Source: a virus
Taxonomy: Duplodnaviria > Heunggongvirae > Uroviricota > Caudoviricetes
Direction: 5' to 3' (one strand)
Length of the DNA stretch: 23,224 nucleotides
IMG/VR virus record: IMGVR_UViG_2537561562_000009
Shown: positions 1 through 7,739 of the stretch, piece by piece
How the letters are laid out: each line of letters begins with the position of its first letter
Position numbering within the stretch: position 1 is the first letter of the stretch
Notes under the pieces: model-generated
What the model was told of the DNA's origin: nothing
The model's database searches: none
What the model saw: only the letters and a program-made list of their open reading frames with translations
Translations under genes and position numbers: made by a program

Positions 1-883
1 AGACAAAACATTGCTGCCGTTTTTCAGTAACGCACGGGTGATTCGTGCTGCTGGTGGTGCTGGTGCATTGTCTGACTGGCTGTTGCGCCATATTAAATCC
101 TGCCAGTGGCCACACGGCGATTATCATCACAGCGAAACCGTCATTCACCGTTATGGTACCGGCGCAATGGTGTTGTGCTGGCACTGCGACAACCAGCTGC
201 GTGACCAGACATCCGAATCACTCGGGCAACTTGCTCATCAAAACCTGTCAGCATGGATGATTGACGTCATCGGTCACGCAATAAGCGGTACGCAGGAGCG
301 TGAATTATCTCTGGCTGAATTATCCTGGTGGGCGGTCCGCAATCAGGTGGCGGACGCGCTACCGGAAGCGGTATTACGTCGTTCGCTGGGGTTGCGTGCG
401 GAAAAAATTCGCTCTGTGTACAGTGAAAGCGACATCATACCGGGAGAGCAGACCGCCACCAGCATACTGAAACAGCGCACAAAAAATCTTGCGCCGCTGC
501 CTCACGCCCACCAGCAACAGAACCCACCACAGGAAAAGACGGTGGTCAGCATTGCCGTTGATCCCGAGTCACCGGCTCAGTATCTCCAGCGCCAGAAATC
601 ACAACGGGAAGAGATGCCTGTATACACGCGCTGGGTAAAAACGCAGAAATGCATGACGTGTGGCAATCAGGCAGATGATCCGCATCACATCATTGGTCAT
701 GGACTGGGAGGGATGGGAACAAAGGCTGATGATTTGTTTGTTATTCCGCTGTGCCGTAAATGCCATAGCGAACTACACGCCGGGGTAAAAGATTTTGAAG
801 AAAAACACGGCAGCCAGCTGTTGTTGCTGATTCGTTTTTTAATGCACGCGAGAAATTCGGGTGTTCTGAAGTGGAAAGCATAA
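1..883 (+). CDS. Prophage protein with C-terminal HNH-like zinc-finger motif (DUF968/YdfU-like), 5' partial
   Basis: Reading frame is open to the window edge (no stop in codons 2-10), so the N-terminus is missing. C-terminal motif CMTCGN...DPHHII...PLCRKCHSELH looks like an HNH/zinc-ribbon. Sits immediately upstream of rusA as in the nin region of lambdoid prophages. Family name is from memory. Confidence 0.6.
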   Translation, partial: DKTLLPFFSNARVIRAAGGAGALSDWLLRHIKSCQWPHGDYHHSETVIHRYGTGAMVLCWHCDNQLRDQTSESLGQLAHQNLSAWMIDVIGHAISGTQERELSLAELSWWAVRNQVADALPEAVLRRSLGLRAEKIRSVYSESDIIPGEQTATSILKQRTKNLAPLPHAHQQQNPPQEKTVVSIAVDPESPAQYLQRQKSQREEMPVYTRWVKTQKCMTCGNQADDPHHIIGHGLGGMGTKADDLFVIPLCRKCHSELHAGVKDFEEKHGSQLLLLIRFLMHARNSGVLKWKA

Positions 884-1264
884 ATGACTGAACGCATAGA
901 ATTTGTTTTGCCTTACCCGCCAACGGTGAACACTTACTGGCGTCGTCGTGGCAGCACATATTTTGTATCAAAAGCCGGGGAGCGTTATCGCCGGGCAGTG
1001 GCGCTTATTGTTCGCCAGCAGCGGCTGAAATTAAGCCTGTCCGGAAGGTTGGCAATAAAAATTATTGCAGAACCACCGGATAAGCGCCGCCGTGACCTGG
1101 ACAATATTCTGAAAGCGCCGCTGGATGCGCTGACGCATGCGGGGTTGCTAATGGACGATGAGCAGTTTGATGAAATCAATATCGTTCGTGGTCAGCCAGT
1201 ATCTGGTGGACGTCTGGGGGTGAAGATTTACCCCATAATGCATGAAGAGCAGGTCAAAAAATGA
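884..1264 (+). CDS. rusA: Holliday junction resolvase RusA
   Basis: 126 aa; motifs LPYPPTVNTYW and RRRDLDNILKAPLDAL...DDEQ match the RusA family as remembered; ATG directly follows the upstream stop. Confidence 0.85.
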   Translation: MTERIEFVLPYPPTVNTYWRRRGSTYFVSKAGERYRRAVALIVRQQRLKLSLSGRLAIKIIAEPPDKRRRDLDNILKAPLDALTHAGLLMDDEQFDEINIVRGQPVSGGRLGVKIYPIMHEEQVKK

Positions 1265-2082
1265 AACTGGAAGATTTACCGAAATACTACTCCCCAAAAT
1301 CCCCCGGCCTGACTGATGCATCGGCCTCAACGTCGAAAGATGCGCTGAGTATCACTGATGTGATGGCCGCGCAGGGCATGACACAGAATCGGGCTGAGAT
1401 GGGGTTTTCTGCGTTCCTGGGGAAAATGGGCATCAGTATGAATGACAGGGCGCGGGCAACAGAATTACTGGCAGATTATGCACTCAGTCGGTGCGATCGT
1501 GTGGCGGCGTTGAGAAAACTTCCGGCAGAAATAAAACCGGTAGTGATGCGCATTATGGCTTCGTACGCTTTTGAGGATTATGCCCGCAGCGCAGCGAGTA
1601 AAAAGCAGTGCCCCTGTTGCCGAGGGGAAAAATTTATTGAAGGCGAAGTTTTTACAAACAAGGTTCAGTATCCGGATGGCAAGCCGCCAGTGTGGGCAAA
1701 GTGCACAAAAGGCGTGTATCCGTCTTACTGGGAAGAATGGAAAAAAGTCAGGGAGGTGGTAAAAGTTGCCTGTCCGGAGTGTGGCGGAAAGGGTGAGGTT
1801 TCCACCGCCTGTAAGGATTGCCGTGGGCGTGGTGTCGCCATTCATCGTGAAGAGTCGGTAAAACGTGGTATGCCTGTTATCAGAGATTGCCAGCGTTGTG
1901 GTGGTCGTGGCTGTGAAAGGCTGCCATCAACGGAGGCATTTAATGCCATATGCAAAGTGACGAGTGCTATCACGCTTGATACGTGGAAAAAATCAGTGAA
2001 ACGCTTTTACGATACGTTGGTGGTTCGGTTTGACATTGAAGAGGCATGGGCGGAGCGGCAGTTAAAGAGGGTAACGCGATAG
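1261..2082 (+). CDS. Putative late-gene antiterminator (Q-like) with DnaJ-type CxxCxGxG zinc fingers
   Basis: 273 aa; start overlaps the rusA stop (ATGA); three CxxC(G)xG motifs (CPECGGKG, CKDCRGRG, CQRCGGRG); lies between rusA and a promoter/terminator module, the canonical position of Q. Assignment is by position and zinc-finger content, not by recognised sequence identity. Confidence 0.55.
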   Translation: MKLEDLPKYYSPKSPGLTDASASTSKDALSITDVMAAQGMTQNRAEMGFSAFLGKMGISMNDRARATELLADYALSRCDRVAALRKLPAEIKPVVMRIMASYAFEDYARSAASKKQCPCCRGEKFIEGEVFTNKVQYPDGKPPVWAKCTKGVYPSYWEEWKKVREVVKVACPECGGKGEVSTACKDCRGRGVAIHREESVKRGMPVIRDCQRCGGRGCERLPSTEAFNAICKVTSAITLDTWKKSVKRFYDTLVVRFDIEEAWAERQLKRVTR

Positions 2083-2087
2083 TGTTG

Positions 2088-2122
2088 TTGATTTTTCCCG
2101 AATCTGTGGTAAATTTGCTCTA
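2088..2122 (+). promoter_or_regulatory. Candidate late promoter (PR'-like) with presumed Q-utilisation region
   Basis: TTGATT (2088-2093), 16-nt spacer, TAAATT; located just after the Q-like gene and about 50 nt upstream of a strong intrinsic terminator, as for lambda PR'/tR'. Confidence 0.3.
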
Positions 2123-2163
2123 ACGATGGGCGTTTTATGCCTGACGTTAGAAGATTTTTTACA

Positions 2164-2187
2164 CCCCGCCGCCTGGCGGGTTTTTTA
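2164..2187 (+). terminator. Intrinsic terminator (tR'-like)
   Basis: GC stem CCCGCC / GGCGGG (2165-2170 / 2175-2180), loop GCCT, followed by TTTTTT (2181-2186). Confidence 0.6.
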
Positions 2188-2308
2188 TGACTGAAATCGC
2201 GTCAGTACAGTAAACGCGCTGGTGGCGGTGAATACCTGTCTTTCAGCTTGCTGGCTTTTTCGACAAGAGTTATTGGTGTGTCACGTTAACCGGAAAAGGG
2301 AAAAAGAC

Positions 2309-2506
2309 ATGCTAAAACAGCAGGATATGACAGAAACCGCCAGAGTGGTGTTTAATGAATTAAGCGTTACCGAACCGGCGACAGTCGGGGAGATAGCGCA
2401 GAATACTTACCTTTCACGCGAACGCTGCCAGTTAATACTGACCCAGCTGGTTATGGCGGGTCTGGCAGACTATCAGTTCGGTTGTTACAGACGCCTTCCG
2501 CAGTGA
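2309..2506 (+). CDS. Small hypothetical protein, possible winged-helix DNA-binding fold (65 aa)
   Basis: In-frame ATG at 2309 inside track ORF 2222-2506, preceded by a purine-rich stretch (AAAAGGGAAAAAGAC). Helix-rich sequence ...TVGEIAQNTYLSRERCQLILTQLVMAGLADY suggests an HTH. Followed by a hairpin plus T-run. Confidence 0.4.
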   Translation: MLKQQDMTETARVVFNELSVTEPATVGEIAQNTYLSRERCQLILTQLVMAGLADYQFGCYRRLPQ

Positions 2507-2520
2507 AGGCTTTTTTATTT
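2493..2520 (+). terminator. Intrinsic terminator-like hairpin at end of small ORF
   Basis: Stem GCCTTC / GAAGGC (2493-2498 / 2505-2510), loop CGCAGT, then TTTTTTATTT (2511-2520). The ORF stop TGA lies inside the hairpin. Confidence 0.5.
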
Positions 2521-2656
2521 GTGGTAAATGGGCGGCTGGTGGGTGTTAGGGGCACCCACCAGCCATCTGCTCATGCGTTGGGTTCACAAGCAAACCTCAG
2601 GCCCACTGCTTTGCGCAAAAGCAGAATGAGCCTATCAGAGACAGGCTTAATGATCC

Positions 2657-3706
2657 ATGCTTGATACTGTAAAAATATCCAGTTGTGAGTTAATCAACGC
2701 CGACTGCCTGGAATTTATCCGGTCGTTACCCGAAAATTCTGTTGACCTGATAGTCACGGACCCGCCGTACTTTAAAGTGAAGCCTGAGGGCTGGGATAAC
2801 CAGTGGAAGGGCGACGATGATTACCTGAAGTGGCTGGACCAGTGTCTGGCGCAGTTCTGGCGGGGGCTGAAACCTGTCGGGAGTCTTTACCTGTTCTGTG
2901 GTCATCGCCTGGCATCTGATATCGAAATCATGATGCGTGAACGCTTCAGTGTGCTGAACCATATTATCTGGGCGAAGCCGTCCGGACGCTGGAACGGATG
3001 CAACAAGGAAAGCCTGCGGGCGTATTTCCCCGCCACAGAGCGCATTCTGTTCGCGGAACATTATCAGGGGCCGTATCGTCCGAAAGATGCCGGGTATGCG
3101 GCGAAGGGCAGTGCACTGAAACAGCATGTGATGGCCCCGCTGATTTCTTACTTTCGTGATGCGCGCGCGGCCCTGGGGATAACGGCAAAACAGATTGCAG
3201 ATGCCACAGGAAAGAAAAACATGGTGTCGCACTGGTTCAGTGCCAGTCAGTGGCAGCTACCGAACGAAAGCGATTATCTGAAATTACAGTCGCTGTTTGC
3301 CCGGGTGGCAGAAGAGAAACATCAGCGCGGTGAACTGGAAAAGCCCCACCACCAGCTGGTGGATACGTATACGTCACTGAACCGGCAGTATGTGGAGCTG
3401 CAGAGTGAATATAAGCATCTGCGGCGGTATTTTGGTGTGACGGCGCAGGTGCCGTACACGGATGTGTGGACACATAAACCGGTGCAGTTCTATCCCGGGA
3501 AACATCCGTGCGAAAAACCGGCAGAAATGCTGCAGCAGATAATCAGCGCAAGCAGTCGTCCGGGTGACCTGGTTGCAGATTTTTTTATGGGCTCAGGTTC
3601 AACGGTAAAAGCTGCACTGGCGCTCGGGCGTCGTGCGATTGGCGTTGAACTGGAGACCGGACGTTTTGAGCAGACAGTCAGGGAAGTTCAGGATTTAATC
3701 GTTTGA
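2657..3706 (+). CDS. Orphan DNA methyltransferase, beta-class (N6-adenine or N4-cytosine)
   Basis: 349 aa; catalytic DPPY motif near the N-terminus (LIVTDPPYF) and AdoMet-binding FxGxG motif near the C-terminus (DFFMGSGST), i.e. motif IV before motif I. No adjacent restriction endonuclease candidate. Confidence 0.85.
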   Translation: MLDTVKISSCELINADCLEFIRSLPENSVDLIVTDPPYFKVKPEGWDNQWKGDDDYLKWLDQCLAQFWRGLKPVGSLYLFCGHRLASDIEIMMRERFSVLNHIIWAKPSGRWNGCNKESLRAYFPATERILFAEHYQGPYRPKDAGYAAKGSALKQHVMAPLISYFRDARAALGITAKQIADATGKKNMVSHWFSASQWQLPNESDYLKLQSLFARVAEEKHQRGELEKPHHQLVDTYTSLNRQYVELQSEYKHLRRYFGVTAQVPYTDVWTHKPVQFYPGKHPCEKPAEMLQQIISASSRPGDLVADFFMGSGSTVKAALALGRRAIGVELETGRFEQTVREVQDLIV

Positions 3707-3755
3707 AACGGATGAGATTGCAGAATTAATTACGCACCATTATTATTCTGCTTCC

Positions 3756-3831
3756 GGCCCTTTAGCTCAGTGGTGAGAGCGAGCGACTCATAATCGCCAG
3801 GTCGCTGGTTCAAATCCAGCAAGGGCCACCA
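3756..3831 (+). tRNA. tRNA with anticodon CAT (Met or lysidine-modified Ile2, ileZ-like)
   Basis: 76 nt; acceptor stem GGCCCTT / AAGGGCC, anticodon loop CTCATAA, T-loop GGTTCAAATCC, encoded 3' CCA. Confidence 0.85.
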
Positions 3832-3931
3832 TCACAAACCGCCATTAGCTTATCAGGAAGAGCAGACGACACGATAACAGGGTTGTTGGTGCGGGGGCGG
3901 GTCCCCGATGGCGGTCCATTATCGGTATTCA

Positions 3932-4008
3932 GCGTTGTTAGCTCAGCCGGACAGAGCAATTGCCTTCTAAGCAATCGGTCACTGGTTCGAATCCAGTACA
4001 GCGCGCCA
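3932..4008 (+). tRNA. tRNA-Arg (anticodon TCT)
   Basis: 77 nt; acceptor stem GCGTTGT / ACAGCGC with one G-U pair, D-arm AGCTCAGCCGGACAGAGC, anticodon loop CTTCTAA, T-loop GGTTCGAATCC, discriminator G plus CCA. Confidence 0.85.
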
Positions 4009-4145
4009 TATTCATTCTTCCAGATTCCTTTCGGCAGAGCCTTATACTGAAATATACCTGGCTCAGGATATTGTTGAAAATATTATATGTTTGTCAAAAA
4101 TAAAAGTTCTGTTAAGTGTTGATTGAGTGTTTGTTATACGGTCTA

Positions 4146-4472
4146 ATGGTTTTTTCAGCATTAAATATTTATCATTCATATGGTGTGGGTAGAGTGAATA
4201 TTGATGAGGCGTCGGGGTGTTTCATCCTTAGGCAGCGTATTGATATAGTCAATGCAGAACGAGCAAAGGCCTTCAGCCGTTTGACAGTTTTGTTCTGTAC
4301 TCCTGATCGTCTTTCGGGAAGAGACGTTATTATTCTGAATAGTGATGCTATACAGAGGGTTTGCGATGAGTTCATGGTTGCTAATTCAGAATTATTTGCT
4401 CTTGTTCAGGAGTACAACAGAATAGCCAGGACCTGTGGTATGGATGAACTTCGGATTACTCATCTGGGGTAG
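4146..4472 (+). CDS. Hypothetical protein in AT-rich cargo island (about 108 aa from ATG 4146; alternative GTG start at 4116)
   Basis: Open frame 4116-4472 in an AT-rich segment; no convincing Shine-Dalgarno and no recognisable motifs. Coding status uncertain. Confidence 0.3.
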   Translation: MVFSALNIYHSYGVGRVNIDEASGCFILRQRIDIVNAERAKAFSRLTVLFCTPDRLSGRDVIILNSDAIQRVCDEFMVANSELFALVQEYNRIARTCGMDELRITHLG

Positions 4473-4863
4473 ATACATATCTGGATTATCACCGGTTACG
4501 GTAAAAAGTGATTGCTTACTGTTTTTGTGAATGGCATTGCAGCAGCCGGATAATGTCAGTGCTGGCTGACGGTGTGCTGGTGGCGGGGGTGGGGGTTGCT
4601 GCTTTCCCGTTGCTGAAAAAGAAAACGCCAGACTGTTAGCCGGGTATCAGTTAGCGGGAGAAATTTTTAAATACTTCACAATTCAGGCGGTTGACTGTTG
4701 TCTGGTTTGCGGGGAGTTTGTTAAAAGAAACTGGCATGGTGAATCCCCCTGTGCGGAGGGGCAATCAGCGAGTAGGTATATGGGATAATCGCGGATTCAG
4801 GTGCTGGTACTGAATTCACCGGGAGGCACCCGGCACCATGCAATGGCACATAGCGCCACTCTC

Positions 4864-4899
4864 CAGCCCCTCTCCGGAGGGGCTGTTTATATTGATTTT
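4864..4899 (+). terminator. Strong intrinsic terminator hairpin within cargo island
   Basis: Perfect 9-bp stem CAGCCCCTC / GAGGGGCTG (4864-4872 / 4877-4885), 4-nt loop TCCG, followed by TTTATATTGATTTT. Confidence 0.55.
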
Positions 4900-4919
4900 G
4901 TCAGATGTGAGTAAACTCC

Positions 4920-5255
4920 TTATGGACTTTGTTGTTTTAGCCCATAAGGACATATTTGCAGAGTGCAACGGTTATTAAAGCATTCATTCAATACGTTATC
5001 TGTATTTGTAGGGCATTCCTGGCTGTTTTTGATTAAATTCCAGAATGTTTTATTGAATGGTACTACGTTGTAAATGGTTACAGGCAGCACTTTGTTATTG
5101 AGCATGATGCCTGTGTGAGTCAGTGTAAATATACTTTCAGGAGGTAAGAAAGCATCCGATTGATACCAGATTATTAATTTTATTTTACTCCATATGACTG
5201 AAAAAGATATTCCGCATGATGGCTGGATAACTGTATCAATCACAATCCACTTCAT
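4920..5255 (-). CDS. Hypothetical protein, minus strand, AT-rich cargo island (111 aa)
   Basis: ATG at 5255 preceded on the minus strand by AAGGAAACTAA (AGGAA about 6 nt upstream). Divergent from the downstream esterase gene across a 245-bp AT-rich intergenic region. No recognisable motifs. Confidence 0.35.
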   Translation of the reverse strand: MKWIVIDTVIQPSCGISFSVIWSKIKLIIWYQSDAFLPPESIFTLTHTGIMLNNKVLPVTIYNVVPFNKTFWNLIKNSQECPTNTDNVLNECFNNRCTLQICPYGLKQQSP

Positions 5256-5500
5256 TTAGTTTCCTTGTTTATGCCTTGCTGGTGATGTTCTGAAAAGTAT
5301 AAATGATATTTTTGATTGTAAACCATAGAGCAGAATTATTTTTCTGATGTTGTTTATTGTTTATTTAAATGCAGGGTGGTTTATATCTCGTCTTGTAGTT
5401 TATCCATGCATATCTGCTTGATGATGAGGTTTTTAATTAAGGTATGGTTTTGTGTTTTTTCTGTATTACATGTCAGGTATTTTAAAGAATCATTTTTCAG

Positions 5501-7369
5501 ATGGTGAAAAGAACCATGGCATTTAAACACTATGATGTTGTCAGGGCGGCGTCGCCGTCAGATCTTGCGGAAAAGCTGACACATAAACTGAAAGAGGGCT
5601 GGCAGCCGTTTGGTAGTCCGGTGGCCATAACCCCTTATACCCTGATGCAGGCGATTGCAGCAGAAGGTGATGTGGTCGTCAGTGGTGCAACTGAGCCGGA
5701 GTGGTACTACGTCATCGTACTGGCCGGGCAGTCCAATGCCATGGCTTACGGTGAAGGGCTTCCGCTTCCGGATTCATACGATGCGCCCCATCCGCGCATT
5801 AAGCAACTGGCCCGTCGTAACACAGTGACTCCCGGTGGTGAAGTATGCGTATTTAACGACATCATTCCTGCTGACCATTGTCTGCATGATGTTCAGGATA
5901 TGAGTACGATTAACCATCCCCGGGCTGACCTGAGCAAAGGGCAGTACGGCTGTGTCGGCCAGGGCTTACATATTGCCAAAAAACTGCTTCCGTATATCCC
6001 TAATAATGCGGGGATCCTGCTGGTACCATGCTGTCGTGGTGGTTCGGCATTCACCCAGGGCACGGAGGGGACATTCAGCGAGTCCACGGGGGCCAGTCAG
6101 GATTCGGCTCGCTGGGGAGTGGGTAAGCCGTTATATCAGGATCTGCTTTTCCGCACGAAGGCAGCATTGCAGAAAAACCCGAAAAACGTTTTGCTGGCGA
6201 TATGCTGGATGCAGGGGGAATTCGATATGACGAATGCCAGTTACGCCCAGCAGCCAGCAGCATTTCTTGCAATGGTACAGCAGTTCCGTGCTGACCTTGC
6301 CGGGCTGGCAGCGCAGTGTCACGGTGGAAGTCCGGCATCAGTCCCCTGGATTTGTGGCGACACGACATACGCGTGGAAACAAGAACACGGTACGCAATAT
6401 GAAGTGGTATATGGTGCATATAAAGGTAAAGAATCCCAGCAGATTTATTTTGTTCCCTTTATGACCGATGGTAGCGGAGTTAATACACCGACAAACAACC
6501 CGTCAGAAGATCCTGATATTGCCGGGTCTGGTTATTACGGTTCGGCATCCCGAACGAACAAAAACTGGGTATCATCAAATCGCCCGACGCATTTCAGCTC
6601 ATGGGCGCGTCGTGGCATTATTCCCGATCGTATGGCAACTGCTATTCTGAACGTAGCCGGGCGCACCTCAGCCTTCATCAGTGGTAAGGCACCGGAAATC
6701 AAACCCTCGCCCGGCGGCGACACGCCATCGGGTCCGTCTGCAGATACGTCCGTTCGCACAATCTCCCTGCTGCCGACAGCCGGAGAGGCTGCTGCGCAGG
6801 GCTGGACCATTAAGGACGGCGGAATTCAGTTGTCGGGTGGTGTATTTAAGATCGCCAAGCAGAGCAATAAAGCCTGGTCCCTGACGCGCCCGGTGGATGA
6901 CGCAGTCTCCCTGCTGACACGGGGTGGCAGACTGAGCTGTAAGTTTCGACTGTCAGGCGCACTGACCAACAATCAGTTCGGTCTGGGAATTTATCTGTAT
7001 ACCGATGTAGCGTTACCTGACGTCGTGGCGATGACCGGGACTGGTAACCCGTTCCTGATGTCGTTCTTCACCCAGACCACAGACGGCAAACTGAATCTGA
7101 TGCATCACAAGAAAGCAGGAAACACAAAGTTGGGCGAGTTCGGGAATTACAGTAACGACTGGCAGACGCTGGAGCTGGTGTTCACCGCCGGCAGTGCCAC
7201 GGTTACTCCGAAACTGAATGGAGTGGCTGGCCCGGCATTCCAGGCCATAAAAGACAGTCTGGCAGTGGGACTAAATGCACTGACGCTGACGGATATTACC
7301 AAAAATGCAACGTATGGCGTTGAGATAGAAAGTCTGGTGCTGGAGATAAATGCACCGGCATCATCATAA
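5501..7369 (+). CDS. nanS-p: Prophage sialate O-acetylesterase-like protein (NanS-p-like; DUF1737 N-domain plus SGNH hydrolase plus C-terminal domain)
   Basis: 622 aa; SGNH block-I-like motif YYVIVLAGQSNAMAYGEG about 20 residues after the N-terminal domain; position between the tRNA/cargo region and the holin matches NanS-p of Stx and related lambdoid prophages. True start may be the second ATG at 5516 (MAFKHYD...). Confidence 0.7.
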   Translation: MVKRTMAFKHYDVVRAASPSDLAEKLTHKLKEGWQPFGSPVAITPYTLMQAIAAEGDVVVSGATEPEWYYVIVLAGQSNAMAYGEGLPLPDSYDAPHPRIKQLARRNTVTPGGEVCVFNDIIPADHCLHDVQDMSTINHPRADLSKGQYGCVGQGLHIAKKLLPYIPNNAGILLVPCCRGGSAFTQGTEGTFSESTGASQDSARWGVGKPLYQDLLFRTKAALQKNPKNVLLAICWMQGEFDMTNASYAQQPAAFLAMVQQFRADLAGLAAQCHGGSPASVPWICGDTTYAWKQEHGTQYEVVYGAYKGKESQQIYFVPFMTDGSGVNTPTNNPSEDPDIAGSGYYGSASRTNKNWVSSNRPTHFSSWARRGIIPDRMATAILNVAGRTSAFISGKAPEIKPSPGGDTPSGPSADTSVRTISLLPTAGEAAAQGWTIKDGGIQLSGGVFKIAKQSNKAWSLTRPVDDAVSLLTRGGRLSCKFRLSGALTNNQFGLGIYLYTDVALPDVVAMTGTGNPFLMSFFTQTTDGKLNLMHHKKAGNTKLGEFGNYSNDWQTLELVFTAGSATVTPKLNGVAGPAFQAIKDSLAVGLNALTLTDITKNATYGVEIESLVLEINAPASS

Positions 7370-7519
7370 AAAGTGAGCCAGTCAAATGGAAGGTATCGTT
7401 AAACTCACCGGTAGTGTCAGTGGGTCGTCTGAGATGCCTGCATGAGTTATCAGAGCCATCAGTACTTAACTGGTGGCTTTTTTTATTGTTGTCAGCTTCC
7501 GGATAACGGGAGACGGGGT

Positions 7520-7735
7520 ATGTACCAGATGGAAAAAATCACAACAGGTGTGTCATACACCACGTCAGCGGTGGGAACGGGCTACTGGTTCCTGCAGTTG
7601 CTGGACAGGGTTTCCCCGTCTCAGTGGGCGGCAATAGGCGTGCTGGGGAGTCTGCTGTTTGGGCTGCTGACATATCTGACTAACCTGTATTTCAAAATCA
7701 GAGAGGACCGTCGTAAGGCTGCACGGGGAGAGTAA
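7520..7735 (+). CDS. S: Class II holin / pinholin (phage 21 S-like), dual-start MYQM
   Basis: 71 aa from ATG 7520 ([13 protein letters not shown]...), two hydrophobic segments, charged C-terminus [13 protein letters not shown]; closely resembles the S21 pinholin as remembered. The track ORF starts further upstream at 7442 without such support. Confidence 0.85.
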   Translation: MYQMEKITTGVSYTTSAVGTGYWFLQLLDRVSPSQWAAIGVLGSLLFGLLTYLTNLYFKIREDRRKAARGE

Positions 7736-7739
7736 TTCA

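Noticed and set aside
2482-2664. 60-aa + strand ORF between the small wHTH ORF and the methyltransferase
   Set aside because: Starts inside a terminator hairpin, spans the 12-bp inverted repeat, has no Shine-Dalgarno; more likely a structured non-coding leader.
1465-3473. Assorted overlapping ORFs inside the Q-like and methyltransferase genes (for example 1465-1845 minus, 2726-3232 minus, 3237-3473 minus)
   Set aside because: Embedded in or antisense to the better-supported + strand genes.
3832-3931. Possible third, degenerate tRNA between the two tRNAs
   Set aside because: No acceptor-stem complementarity and no GTTC-type T-loop could be folded by eye; treated as spacer. tRNAscan-SE would settle it.
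4172-4375. 67-aa minus-strand ORF in cargo island
   Set aside because: Antisense to the 4116-4472 candidate ORF with no Shine-Dalgarno; at most one of the two is coding and neither is well supported.
5893-6884. Multiple 60-114 aa ORFs on both strands inside the esterase gene
   Set aside because: Nested within the 622-aa esterase frame, which has a clear domain signature; no independent signals.
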